Shown here in pieces: positions 14,717 to 24,937 of a stretch of 61,472 bases of DNA. Within the stretch, counting starts at the first letter, position 1, and each line of letters begins with the position of its first letter. The position numbers and the translations under genes are program-made. This stretch comes from Nemertoderma westbladi (taxonomy: Eukaryota; Animalia; Xenacoelomorpha). The stretch is taken from assembly GCA_032718475.1 (NCBI GenBank), contig JAUCBJ010002569.1, positions 1 through 61,472 on the forward strand, read 5' to 3'. The notes beneath the pieces were generated by a model, which saw only the letters and a program-made list of their open reading frames with translations, searched no databases and was not told where the DNA came from.

Positions 14717-15529
14717 TTACTCAGCATTAGTCGACGAGAGGACATTGAAACTGTTGTTCAGGGTGATATTAGATGAAACACCATCATCCAGGGCAATTGT
14801 TTCGTTCGGTAGATGCGGGGATCCGCTATCGCCCGACCGCCGAGAGGTACTTCTAACCATTGGTTTGTCGGATAGGTGATCAATGTCAGCCATTGAATGG
14901 ACTCTTGAAGGTTTACTCGTCTCGGAAAACTTCATCATTATTTCACCGTTGAAGCTGTAAGCTGCACTGATTCCTCCAGCACTGCGTATGCGCTGGAGTT
15001 CACGCAAAAGTATGGAACGATGCGGAGTTAGATGTTCCGTTACGCGTAGAGGAGATATTCCTTTCCGATTACGCAAAGCAACGATTCGTGATTGGTGACC
15101 AACAAATCGAATAATCATAGGTCGATTTCGTTGTCCTTTTCCCCCAGTACGTAACGTGACGGGATCATTCGGCCTAGTCTCCAGCCTTCCTAGACGGTGG
15201 AAGACATCGACCAGACTCCAAGGAATCTGTAATTTTTCCATTGTCTCCATCACGGCATTTTCTTCTTCCTGCTGGTTCAGCGATTCAGAAACTCCATGTA
15301 TAAGTATGTTATGTTTTCTAGAGTATTGTTCAAGGGCGTCATTGTTTAGGCGCAAGTCTTCGTTTTGACGTCTAAGATTTACAATTTCCTTCTGCAATGC
15401 CGGAATTTTCTGCACGGATTCGGATAGAGATTTTATTTCAAGAGTTAGGGTCTGGAGAGCTACTTTAATTTCACCTTGACTTTCTATGAGTGATTTACCA
15501 AAGTCTTTCCATGACGGTTGAGAACCCAT
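14717..15529 (-). CDS. LINE ORF1 (coiled coil + L1-ORF1/RRM-like domain)
   Basis: Heptad-rich N-terminus followed by LEQYSRKHNILIHGVSE, HRLG, RPMIIRF and VTEHLTP, typical of L2/CR1-group ORF1. Lies upstream of the PHD-APE ORF on the same strand. Confidence 0.85.
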   Translation of the reverse strand: MGSQPSWKDFGKSLIESQGEIKVALQTLTLEIKSLSESVQKIPALQKEIVNLRRQNEDLRLNNDALEQYSRKHNILIHGVSESLNQQEEENAVMETMEKLQIPWSLVDVFHRLGRLETRPNDPVTLRTGGKGQRNRPMIIRFVGHQSRIVALRNRKGISPLRVTEHLTPHRSILLRELQRIRSAGGISAAYSFNGEIMMKFSETSKPSRVHSMADIDHLSDKPMVRSTSRRSGDSGSPHLPNETIALDDGVSSNITLNNSFNVLSSTNAE

Positions 15530-15720
15530 CGCTTGCGGTACCGGCTAGCGGTACCGACCCGTTGCCGTTAGATTGTATTATGTAGCAGTGTAGGGTCTAC
15601 TGCCTGACTACAGTATAGAACGATGTCCCGAACGCTGGAATCAGGGAATGAGGCAACTACCTCGTCGTTATACTGTTACTACTCTATCGTGCTATCAGTA
15701 GTCAGGTTTACAGGTCAGAC
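15530..15720 (-). promoter_or_regulatory. Probable structured 5' UTR of the minus-strand LINE
   Basis: Nested stems: CCTGACTAC 15603-15611 with GTAGTCAGG 15698-15706, and AGTATAGAACGA with TCGTTATACT, enclosing two short hairpins. The 5' boundary is uncertain. Confidence 0.5.
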
Positions 15721-15980
15721 ATTTCATTAAGCAGCACAGTCAAGCCACCGGTACCGGTAGGCTAATTCAGTAATTAGCACATTGATGTACAGTACAGCAG
15801 TACAGAGTCTCCAAAATCCTGCACAGTAGGGAGTGCAGGTATAGTATCAAAAACAAAGACCCAAGACCCATCAACTCACCTCCTACTGTAAGAAAGATCA
15901 TCCCTCCAATAGTAATATCAGACCCTAAGCTAGTCCAACATCGTAGGTCTATCATAGGCACTCGAGCTCAGGTCAAGCGG

Positions 15981-16469
15981 GACCAAGAAGCAGCAGAACA
16001 GCAACTACCCGCGAGCCGAGAACTTATTTCTCAGCGGTATTCTGTGACAAACCTAGTCTGTAATAATACTTATATATACTATAAGCATACCGGTATTCTA
16101 ATATATTATATATATATCACGCTACACTGAGTAGCAGTATCGGTAATTAATTACTAGGCTAACGGTGATACTGAATTACTAGACTTGCTTAAACTGTAAT
16201 ATAGCAGTAGGCATTCAACTGTACAAACCAACATGTCTGACACAAAGCAAAACCTGTCAGACAGTCTCCTAGATACAACCATATGTGACCCAGACAGGAG
16301 TGTGGAACGTGTGGGACCGAAGTTCAACAGTTTCAGTTTATTTATTTATTTCACTAATATATATATAAAAGTACATACAATATATATAACAAAAAAAAAT
16401 TTCAATCAAAACGACCAAGAAGCAGCAGAACAGCAACTACCCGCGAGCCGAGAACTTATTTCTCAGCGG
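15981..16469 (+). repeat. 57-bp direct repeat (15981-16037 and 16413-16469) flanking a 375-bp AT-rich insert in the gag 5' region
   Basis: Identical GACCAAGAAGCAGCAGAACAGCAACTACCCGCGAGCCGAGAACTTATTTCTCAGCGG occurs twice in the same reading frame. Confidence 0.95.
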
Positions 16470-19400
16470 CCCGACAGCTCCAGTAGTGCGGATACTGTAG
16501 AGCTGACACCCGAGCACGGAGCAAAGATGACAGATGGGGTTTATTCGGACCCCCTTCTCATCCTTCCTGCAGCCGTACTCACGAGGTTATTGATTGCGGT
16601 GGAGGAACACCAGATTGATTGGGCGAGAAATAAGCGATCGACTAAGGATAGTTATGCGGGATACACAAGGGAAGAACTGAAGCCTATGGTCGAGTCGCAA
16701 TGGAACTTCCCCGGACCCGGACTCCCGTTTGATTTATCGGAAGCTGCCTGGGAAGACATACACAGGATGGGAGTAACCAAGGAAACCATCGATCCAGCTG
16801 TGTGGAAGAGGTCAGCAGCAGGATACGTACAGGGATTCTTCAGCTCTATGGAGCGATTAAAAGAACAACTGTTTCAACAACCCCAAGGACCTCAAGAGCA
16901 GGGACAGCTGCTTTATCAAGTTAGAGAAATAATTCTACGAATCAGGCTAATCTTATCGGCCTTTGAGGAGGCTTCTAAAAGAAGACAAGACACGTCGTTG
17001 CAAGTTGCCGTAAAGACTTGGTTTCAACGGGTGAGTCTCCAGGTTCAAGGAACGGCTCAGTGGAAAGCTCAGCTGGATGAGCGCTCAACCCATGGAGAAT
17101 CAACAGACGCTACATTTTCCCAAGTGGAAAGTGAAGTGACGGCAGAGAAACCGCATAAGAGGGATGCCATTGACATCTATCTGTCGGACTATCAACGTTT
17201 TGTAGGAGATGAAGAGTTGAGGAGAAGGCTAGATGGACTTAGCCCTAATAGTGAAGGAGCCAAGCTTGTGTTGGACGCAATAGATGCGGATAGGATAGCT
17301 GCGAACCAAGCTACATTTGATGAATGCCTCCGCATCACTAGGGTCCAAGAAGAACAAGTAAAGAAAAAACGTATAGCAGACAGAAAGACAGCGGCAGTGG
17401 CAGCAGCAGTGGCAGCGGCAGAAGCGGAAAGAAAAGCGGCAGCGGCAGCGGCAGCGGCAGAAGTAGAAGCGGAAAGAAAGGCGGTAGAAGTGGAAAGAAA
17501 GGCGGTAGAAATGGAAAGAAAGGCAGTAGAAGTGGAAAGAAAGGCGGCAGTGGCAGCGGCCGAAGCGGAAAGAAAGGCGGCAGTGGCAGCGGCAGAGGCA
17601 GTGGCAGAAGCAGAACGGAGAGCTTCTGAAGAAACCACCCAACTAGAATTGGAAAACATTCAGGAGAATCAAGACTGCATAAATAAACAGTTAACAGCTA
17701 GTCAAATGCAGATGATGGGTCGATCAACTCCCAAAAGACAGGGATATACATCATCTGAGGAAGGCGATACCACCGATCCTGAAGGCGGAGGAAATAGATC
17801 TCGTCTAAGCAGACGTAGAAGAATGTCCCACCGTCAGAAATTGCCTGATTTGCCCCCAGCTGTTAGAAGGCAACTAAATAACACAAACTTAGGTAGTATA
17901 GAACCCACAGACCAAATAATTAACATAGAAAGACTCCCTACTATAGTAGATGAGCCTGAAATAATTAGGCCTGTTCTCGAAGCCACCCCTTCGGTGATAG
18001 AGACACATGTACTCCCTGAACCTACCTCTAAATTCCCTCTGCACAGCACGAAGCTACCTGTGCCCCACAGAACCACCCCTGAAATTGTTCATGTCCTGGA
18101 CTCCGAGCGAAATATTCCTGACTTGTCGCCCGTTGTCCCTCGTCCGCCCGCTACAACATTGGCGCCTCCCGCTTCGGCGGTCGAGTGGGTAGATGAGGGA
18201 CGACGGGAGATGGGTCTCCTGCTCGGACAGCTGAGGGAACAACATTCTCGCTCCTCTCAGCAGGCCCAGGAGATGGAGGGAACTGTGCAGCAGTTAAAGG
18301 GAACAATTAGAGAGAGTAGGTTAGAGTTGCAAGAAGTGCAGCAAAGTATCGCATTAGAACGCGATAAATTAGTAAATACACAAAAGGGTATACCACCACC
18401 CCCTGTAACAATGTGTCAACCTGTTAGGTCTGAAGTATTTCATGCGCAAGGTGTGGAGCCTACACGCATCTATACTGCTAGCGAAGTGGAAACTCCTATA
18501 GTAAACCCTATTAAGGGTAATTATAAACCCGTTGACAATGATATCCCATATAGACTTGATAATAATCCGAGAAATTTATATACCGATAACTCGATATTAA
18601 ATAACACGATGGCCCAAGAAAGTTTTATGCGTCAAATGGCTAGAACCGAAGCCTGTCAAGCGGTAAAGGTGGGAGAGATCGTCAAGTTCAATGGAGATGA
18701 GATGAAATGGTTACCTTTTAATGAATATTACAAAGATAACATACAGAACTCTGTGCTATCTAACGGAGAGAAACTTAGATTCCTCATCGAGTGCTTGGAA
18801 GGATCTCCCAAGTTAATGGCGTTAAAGTTTATTGGACATCCAGATGGATTAAGACAAGTTTGGGATACACTAAACATCAGGTATGGTAATAGGAATAACA
18901 TAGCTAAATATTTGTATGCTAAATTAGTAGCGACACGAAAGTTCATTAGCAGCGGGATAATAGAGTTTTCCGATGAGATTCAAGAGATCTGTAGACAATT
19001 AGATTGGTTAGGTAAGTCTCATGAATATCAGAGTTCTATGGTTATTGGAGCCGTGGCTTCTACTTTACCGAAGGGTGGAGTAGGTACACGCTGGGATAAG
19101 AAAGTGTTATATATGATGGAACAACAACGACGAGACCCTACCATGGCTGATCTCATGTCATTCTTAGATGGAGAAGTGAAATTACAGCTCCTAAAACAGT
19201 CCAGAGAGAAGACACCGGAAAACAAGGTAAGTGAGAAACCCGTTTCTAGGAGAAAGGTAACACCAGTGTGTTATACCGACGACGGCGAAAGCCAGATTTC
19301 TCAAGGGGAGGATAGCGGGAAAGACACTGAAAGATCTTATTATGTCAATAAAACGCCTAAAGAACAGGTAAGTAAATTCAAGTCTCGAACCAATGACAGG

Positions 19401-22400
19401 AGAGAACAGATAAGAAAAACTCCTCCTACGTCTCCCAAGAGAATTCAGGTGAGAAAGCCCGAAGAAAGAACGAGTGTGCACAATGTTATTCAAAATAAAG
19501 TAAGCAACATCAAACCGACATGTGCGTTATGTGACGGGACCCACCGTTTGAATATGTGTGATGAATTCCTGAAGAAATCATTAACGGAGAGACGAGAAGT
19601 CATGTGGGATAAGCGGTTGTGTTATAATTGCCTCAGACAAGGACACCAACGGCGAACCTGTTACTCCGACACAAGGTGTGCAAAGTGCGGTGCGAAACAT
19701 CATATCTTGTTGCACACTGAATTCGAACGAAACAGTCCGAGTCAGGTAAGTGATTCCGAACTACATGTCCAATTCAGTGATGTGAACGACACTGACCAAA
19801 GTTCTGAGATGGAAGGATTCTATACGGATGAATTCTCCGACGAAGATGAATCCTGTTACATGATAAATACCGCAGTGTATCGAGCACTTACGTATGAAAA
19901 AGACACAGACAGCGACCTCACCCTAACTACTTCTGATCGACAACCATCTTGGAAAGCGCCACCTTCCAATGTAGGAATCCGAGAATTTCCTGTAGTACAG
20001 TTAAGGGTCCACGGACCTAAAAGGAGTTATGTAGTGAACGCCCTCCTTGACTCCGGTAGTACAGGAACATTCATCGACAAAGAACTAGCCGAAGACATCT
20101 TTGCTGGACAACCCAAGTTCCGAACTAAGCTAAACATGTCAGGAATTATGCAGGTTTGGAAATCTACAGTAATAGCGGATTATTATGTAGGTGAGTTGTC
20201 CACCCCCCAGGATGAACTAGGAGAACATAGTATAAGGTCAGTAAAAATGGTGGCGATAAAGAACTTCGCTACCACCCAAGTGGAACCTTATAACTGGGAT
20301 GAGGACGATTTCACCCAGCAGCTGGAAATACCTAGATTCAACACCGATTACCCTGGAGTGCAAATACTCATCGGTCAAAATGCGCATGAAGCGCTCGAGA
20401 CATTGGAGAAACGGCCCGCTCAACCGCAACCACTACAAGCTTATGCGGGAAGAACTAGAGTGGGTTGGTACTTTACTGGCCCTTCCCGTAGAACTCTCAT
20501 GGAAAGATTACCGAAAGACCAGGTATGTCAAGTGAGAGAATGGGAAGTCGAGGGCAGTGAGTTAGACGATCCAACTGAGGGAACACCATACTCCTCAGAT
20601 AATGACGATGTCCACCAACTTTTCGATGAGGAGAATACCATTGATCTCCTTAAGGAAAACGAGACTTGGCAAAACCAAGTGAACTTATGTCAGCTCCTTC
20701 TTCCATCAGAACGAGACGACTATAACGACGAACTTAATGACGTCATTGAACGTTATAATGCCAAGACTCGGGATGAACACGCCGTACGATTCTTTACTCA
20801 AGAGGCTGTAGAGCCCAATTCCTACGATAAGGCCCTATCGGTAGAGGAAGAAAGAGCCAAGCAGATCCAAGAGACAACTACACGTTTTCTTAAAGATCAA
20901 GGTAGATATGAGATCGGTCTACCTTTCCGAAAGCGAGAACCAAAGTTCGTAAACAACAGACCCTTGGCGGAGAAAAGAATTGCTCAACTACATCGACGCC
21001 TTACGGCAAATTCTTCAGCTAAAGAAATGTATCAAACGCAGTTGAAGAAATTTATTAGCAAGGGATATGCGGAGCTAGTACCGGAAGAAACACCTATAAC
21101 TGAGAGAACGTATTATTTAACTCACCATTACGTTCCCAAACCCGGTAAACCCCATGAGGTACGAGTGGTGTTTGACGGCTCCGCCCTCTATATGGGCCAA
21201 TCCCTTAATTCCGAATTGTTACCCGGACCCAACTTACTCCAATCCTTGTTGGGAATACTCTTAAGATTAAGACAATATTCAATTGCTTTCGCCTCAGATA
21301 TAGAAGGCATGTTCTTACAAGTCAAGGCGCTGGATAGGGATCGAGATAGCCTACGATTTCTGTGGTGGCCTGAAGGAGACCTCAACCAGAAACCGGTGGA
21401 GTACTGGATGACCATCCAGGCTTTTGGGATAATCTCAAGCCCTTCAAACGCCTGTTCAGTGGTGCGCACCACTGCGGATGACAACCGAGAAGCCTTCTCT
21501 AAAGAGGTGATTGACAACATCAAGCGGGATATATACATGGACGATAATCTAAAGTCCCTTCCATCAGTCGAAGAAGCCATTGACGTCGCTAAAGGAACGG
21601 TAGAGTGCTTAAAAAGAGGTGGATTTCGATTAACTAAATTCACCAGCAACTCCCGTGAGTTTCTGGAGTCGATCCCGGTAGAAGATCGAGGAGCGAAAGA
21701 CCTAGATCTAATAAAAGATGATCTCCCAGAAACTAAGACCCTTGGTTTGAAATGGGACACAGAAAGAGATATCCTGTTTTTCCAACTAAAACAGCGAGAT
21801 AATCCAGTTCGGACTAAACGGATTTGTTTAAGTATCCTGAGCACTTATTTCGATCCATTGGGATTTATTAGCCCAGTTATATTGATTGCTCGGAGTTTAG
21901 TACAACAAATGTGGCTTGAAAACCACTCATGGGACGATCCACTTAAGGGAGAATTATTAAAGAAGTGGATGAAATGGGAAGATTCTCTACCAGCCATCGA
22001 GAACTTTATAATTTCCCGTTCATATTTTGGTCATGTTCTCCCTACGTATTCCTATCAACTCCATGTGTTTGGAGACGCCAGCGATATGGGAATAGGTATA
22101 GTAGCCTACCTAAGGGTGGAAACTCCGGACGGAATCAAAGTCGCCTTGGTTACCTCTAAGGCATTGATAAACAACAAGTTGAAAGTTCCTCGAGCGGAGT
22201 TAAAAGCGGCTCTATACGCTACAGCCATCGGCCGGAATGTAACAGAACAGATCGACTATCCACTGGAGAAAACTGTCTATTGGACCGACGCTTTACTCGT
22301 GTTGGAGTATATAACCAATGAAGTCTGTCAGTTCAGCGTCTTCGTTACCAACAGAGTAGCCATTATACTCAGTCGCACAACGATGGATCAATGGAGACAT

Positions 22401-24419
22401 TGCCCCGGAACGATTAATCCAGCAGACATCGCCTCCAGGGGAGCAACTCCACAAGAACTGGTAGATACTCCAGACTGGTTAGGTGGACCCGACTTCCTCT
22501 ACAAAGAAGAAGAAGAATGGCCTCCTCATCTTACTACAGCAGAGATTAGACAGGCCAAGGGAGCGGAGAAAGTCAAACCTAAAACTCGGGCGAGTAAATC
22601 GAAGTTATTTAAACCTATGGTAGATCTGTCTGTACTACATACTTCCGGAGACGACGCTTTGGATCAGAAACCCACAGCCACAAATAAGTCTGTAGTGGAA
22701 ATCCGTGAGAAGGATTGGAAATCTGGAATACCAGACGTCTCGCAAGGACTCTCACCTCTTCTGCAGAGAGCGATACATCACTACAGTTCCTGGAATCGGC
22801 TCTGTAAGGCCATTACATATTTAAAGAGATGTTTTCACCATCACTACTCCGGGATGAAGACCAAAAGTGATACCGCTCCAATAACATCGGTGCAGGTCCA
22901 TGTTATTAAAGATCTTCCCAAATATAAGATATCCGACAGGTTTCTGAAGGAGAAGATCAGTTATCAGGAGCATGAAGAAACCAACAAGCAGATGCTGAGA
23001 CTCCTGCAATGCTATGAGGATTCCGATAAGTATTTCCTGTTGTTGAGAAATCCGCAGATGCGCTTAAGGGATCGTTTCTCTAGCACAATGATAGATGGGT
23101 TGATACGTGTTGGAGGAAGATTAACGAATGCTCCATTATCCTTTGACACTAAGTTTCCCATACTCATTAGAAATCTTGAGATACAAGTCAAGATGATTGT
23201 AGATGTTCACAGCAAACTTTATCATGCTGGTAGAGAACGAGTTCTTAGCGAAATTCGAACTCGCTATTATTTTTATAAACCCCATAGAGCTCTGAACCAA
23301 GTTCTTAGGAACTGCATACCCTGTAGGAAAGCATTCAGTAGGCCTTTAACACAGCGAGAGGCAGAATTACCTAGGGAACGAGTAAGCTTCTATGAACCAC
23401 CCTTTACTAATACCGGTGTAGATTTATTTGGCCCTATTGAAGTATATCGTGCTAGGACTATAGTCAAGAGATGGTGTGTCATCTTTGTTTGTATGACTTG
23501 TAGAGCTATCCATCTCGATATGGTGAACGATTTATCTACCAACAGCTTTCTATTAAGCTTACGACGACAGATCGCTCGCTTTGGCACTAGTAACACGATG
23601 AGATCTGATAAGGGAACAAACTTCATTGGTGCCAACAATGAAATCAAAGCTTACGTCAAAGATTGGAACCAAAGACAGGTGGACGATCAGCTACGAGTAA
23701 CAGCGTCTAGCTGGACCTTCAACGCCGCCGACGCCCCTTGGTGGGGAGGAAGTTGGGAGAGATTAATAAGAAGTGTGAAGACCGCATTTCACTTTATAGT
23801 GCCATGCCGCGCGTATCTCACCGACGAACTTTTGCGGACGTTAATGGAGGAAATCGCCGCCTATCTCAACGAGAGACCGCTTATGCCAGTCTCATCGAGT
23901 CCCGATTCCCTGGAAGCGCTAACACCCGCGCATTTCCTACTGAAGAAGCCTGTAGCCATGCTCCCACAATCGGAAATCACAGACGGAGACGAATACTGCC
24001 GGCAAACTTGGCAACTCATGCAGTTGTTATCCCGTCATTTCGCTGACCATTTCGAAAAACATTATCTGCCCACGCTACAACTTCGAACTAAGTGGTTTGC
24101 GCAGCAAGAAAACGTCAGCGCTGGGGACATGGTTCTTATTGTGGATGTAGATCTTCCACGTAAGCGGTGGCAGACAGGTCGTATCATCGAGACTCACATC
24201 TCGGATGACGGTTTAGTGCGATCGGTAGAACTCGTCGTCATGCGACGTAACTTCAAGAAACCGGGAATTGTCTTTGAGACACAGCAGCTCAATCGCCCAG
24301 TTGGTCGTTTATGTTTACTGGAAAGGGACAGAGAACTCTCCGGAAACTATGGAAGGCAAGATACTCTTCCCACGACCACCTCCCTAATCCAACAAACATC
24401 TACGGACTCCCCAACGTAA
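16233..24419 (+). CDS. Bel/Pao LTR retrotransposon gag-pol polyprotein (true start uncertain)
   Basis: Gag KFNGDEMKW; three Zn knuckles (CALC..H..C, CYNC..H..C, CAKC..HH..H); protease ALLDSGS; RT VVFDGSA, SDIEGMFLQV, YMDD; RNase H QLHVFGDAS, PRAEL, WTDA; integrase H..HAG..CIPC, GVDLFGP, SDKGTNF, WGGSWERL. Domain order PR-RT-RH-IN in one ORF with no stops. Confidence 0.97.
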   Translation: MSDTKQNLSDSLLDTTICDPDRSVERVGPKFNSFSLFIYFTNIYIKVHTIYITKKNFNQNDQEAAEQQLPASRELISQRPDSSSSADTVELTPEHGAKMTDGVYSDPLLILPAAVLTRLLIAVEEHQIDWARNKRSTKDSYAGYTREELKPMVESQWNFPGPGLPFDLSEAAWEDIHRMGVTKETIDPAVWKRSAAGYVQGFFSSMERLKEQLFQQPQGPQEQGQLLYQVREIILRIRLILSAFEEASKRRQDTSLQVAVKTWFQRVSLQVQGTAQWKAQLDERSTHGESTDATFSQVESEVTAEKPHKRDAIDIYLSDYQRFVGDEELRRRLDGLSPNSEGAKLVLDAIDADRIAANQATFDECLRITRVQEEQVKKKRIADRKTAAVAAAVAAAEAERKAAAAAAAAEVEAERKAVEVERKAVEMERKAVEVERKAAVAAAEAERKAAVAAAEAVAEAERRASEETTQLELENIQENQDCINKQLTASQMQMMGRSTPKRQGYTSSEEGDTTDPEGGGNRSRLSRRRRMSHRQKLPDLPPAVRRQLNNTNLGSIEPTDQIINIERLPTIVDEPEIIRPVLEATPSVIETHVLPEPTSKFPLHSTKLPVPHRTTPEIVHVLDSERNIPDLSPVVPRPPATTLAPPASAVEWVDEGRREMGLLLGQLREQHSRSSQQAQEMEGTVQQLKGTIRESRLELQEVQQSIALERDKLVNTQKGIPPPPVTMCQPVRSEVFHAQGVEPTRIYTASEVETPIVNPIKGNYKPVDNDIPYRLDNNPRNLYTDNSILNNTMAQESFMRQMARTEACQAVKVGEIVKFNGDEMKWLPFNEYYKDNIQNSVLSNGEKLRFLIECLEGSPKLMALKFIGHPDGLRQVWDTLNIRYGNRNNIAKYLYAKLVATRKFISSGIIEFSDEIQEICRQLDWLGKSHEYQSSMVIGAVASTLPKGGVGTRWDKKVLYMMEQQRRDPTMADLMSFLDGEVKLQLLKQSREKTPENKVSEKPVSRRKVTPVCYTDDGESQISQGEDSGKDTERSYYVNKTPKEQVSKFKSRTNDRREQIRKTPPTSPKRIQVRKPEERTSVHNVIQNKVSNIKPTCALCDGTHRLNMCDEFLKKSLTERREVMWDKRLCYNCLRQGHQRRTCYSDTRCAKCGAKHHILLHTEFERNSPSQVSDSELHVQFSDVNDTDQSSEMEGFYTDEFSDEDESCYMINTAVYRALTYEKDTDSDLTLTTSDRQPSWKAPPSNVGIREFPVVQLRVHGPKRSYVVNALLDSGSTGTFIDKELAEDIFAGQPKFRTKLNMSGIMQVWKSTVIADYYVGELSTPQDELGEHSIRSVKMVAIKNFATTQVEPYNWDEDDFTQQLEIPRFNTDYPGVQILIGQNAHEALETLEKRPAQPQPLQAYAGRTRVGWYFTGPSRRTLMERLPKDQVCQVREWEVEGSELDDPTEGTPYSSDNDDVHQLFDEENTIDLLKENETWQNQVNLCQLLLPSERDDYNDELNDVIERYNAKTRDEHAVRFFTQEAVEPNSYDKALSVEEERAKQIQETTTRFLKDQGRYEIGLPFRKREPKFVNNRPLAEKRIAQLHRRLTANSSAKEMYQTQLKKFISKGYAELVPEETPITERTYYLTHHYVPKPGKPHEVRVVFDGSALYMGQSLNSELLPGPNLLQSLLGILLRLRQYSIAFASDIEGMFLQVKALDRDRDSLRFLWWPEGDLNQKPVEYWMTIQAFGIISSPSNACSVVRTTADDNREAFSKEVIDNIKRDIYMDDNLKSLPSVEEAIDVAKGTVECLKRGGFRLTKFTSNSREFLESIPVEDRGAKDLDLIKDDLPETKTLGLKWDTERDILFFQLKQRDNPVRTKRICLSILSTYFDPLGFISPVILIARSLVQQMWLENHSWDDPLKGELLKKWMKWEDSLPAIENFIISRSYFGHVLPTYSYQLHVFGDASDMGIGIVAYLRVETPDGIKVALVTSKALINNKLKVPRAELKAALYATAIGRNVTEQIDYPLEKTVYWTDALLVLEYITNEVCQFSVFVTNRVAIILSRTTMDQWRHCPGTINPADIASRGATPQELVDTPDWLGGPDFLYKEEEEWPPHLTTAEIRQAKGAEKVKPKTRASKSKLFKPMVDLSVLHTSGDDALDQKPTATNKSVVEIREKDWKSGIPDVSQGLSPLLQRAIHHYSSWNRLCKAITYLKRCFHHHYSGMKTKSDTAPITSVQVHVIKDLPKYKISDRFLKEKISYQEHEETNKQMLRLLQCYEDSDKYFLLLRNPQMRLRDRFSSTMIDGLIRVGGRLTNAPLSFDTKFPILIRNLEIQVKMIVDVHSKLYHAGRERVLSEIRTRYYFYKPHRALNQVLRNCIPCRKAFSRPLTQREAELPRERVSFYEPPFTNTGVDLFGPIEVYRARTIVKRWCVIFVCMTCRAIHLDMVNDLSTNSFLLSLRRQIARFGTSNTMRSDKGTNFIGANNEIKAYVKDWNQRQVDDQLRVTASSWTFNAADAPWWGGSWERLIRSVKTAFHFIVPCRAYLTDELLRTLMEEIAAYLNERPLMPVSSSPDSLEALTPAHFLLKKPVAMLPQSEITDGDEYCRQTWQLMQLLSRHFADHFEKHYLPTLQLRTKWFAQQENVSAGDMVLIVDVDLPRKRWQTGRIIETHISDDGLVRSVELVVMRRNFKKPGIVFETQQLNRPVGRLCLLERDRELSGNYGRQDTLPTTTSLIQQTSTDSPT
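17389..17612 (+). repeat. Purine-rich coding repeat (AAVAAAEAERK / AVEVERK) in gag
   Basis: GCGGCAG and GGAAAGAAAG tandem variants encoding an Ala/Glu/Arg/Lys-rich helical segment. Confidence 0.85.
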
Positions 24420-24937
24420 CAGCGTTTGGAGTGGGTGTGTGACCATATTATTTTATATTCTTATTATTTTATATTTATGTATGTATTATTATGTAATTTT
24501 ATTATAATCGTTTTCTTTAATTTTATTTAGTAGAATGTTATTTTAGCGATTATTTAGTAGATTAGTGCAATATATATTAGCGTTTATTACTTAATTACTT
24601 ATATATTATAGATTTAGTGCGACGGCGAGAAATAATTCTTTTCTCTTTCCTTACTGTCCGTATTACATTATAAATACGTAACTACAGTAAGATGAAATGT
24701 CCGTACTTATTAAAGTACAATAAAGCTCCTACTATATTCAAGTATTATTGGTAAGTAGAGTATTAGGAATGCAAAGTTCAGATCCTCGTGTCTCGGCTAA
24801 ACCAAGCTCTGGGTAGACCTTGGAAACGACTTGCCTCTTCTCACTGACATTGCTTCGTGCGATATTGCTCTCATACCGTATATTAAATAATACATATAGT
24901 AGCGTGATGTCCCTTTAACAGTAGCGTATAACGCAAA

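Noticed and set aside
16037-16466. Insert in gag as a GT-AG intron
   Set aside because: Splicing GTATTC...TTCTCAG would leave 2 extra nt and shift the frame.
17192-23647. Antisense ORFs within gag-pol, and similar ones within the LINE and ABCC CDSs
   Set aside because: Shadow frames of real coding sequence with no recognisable motifs.
24775-24830. HDV-like ribozyme suggested by TCCTCGTG...GGCTAA
   Set aside because: No P1 or P2 partners could be found.
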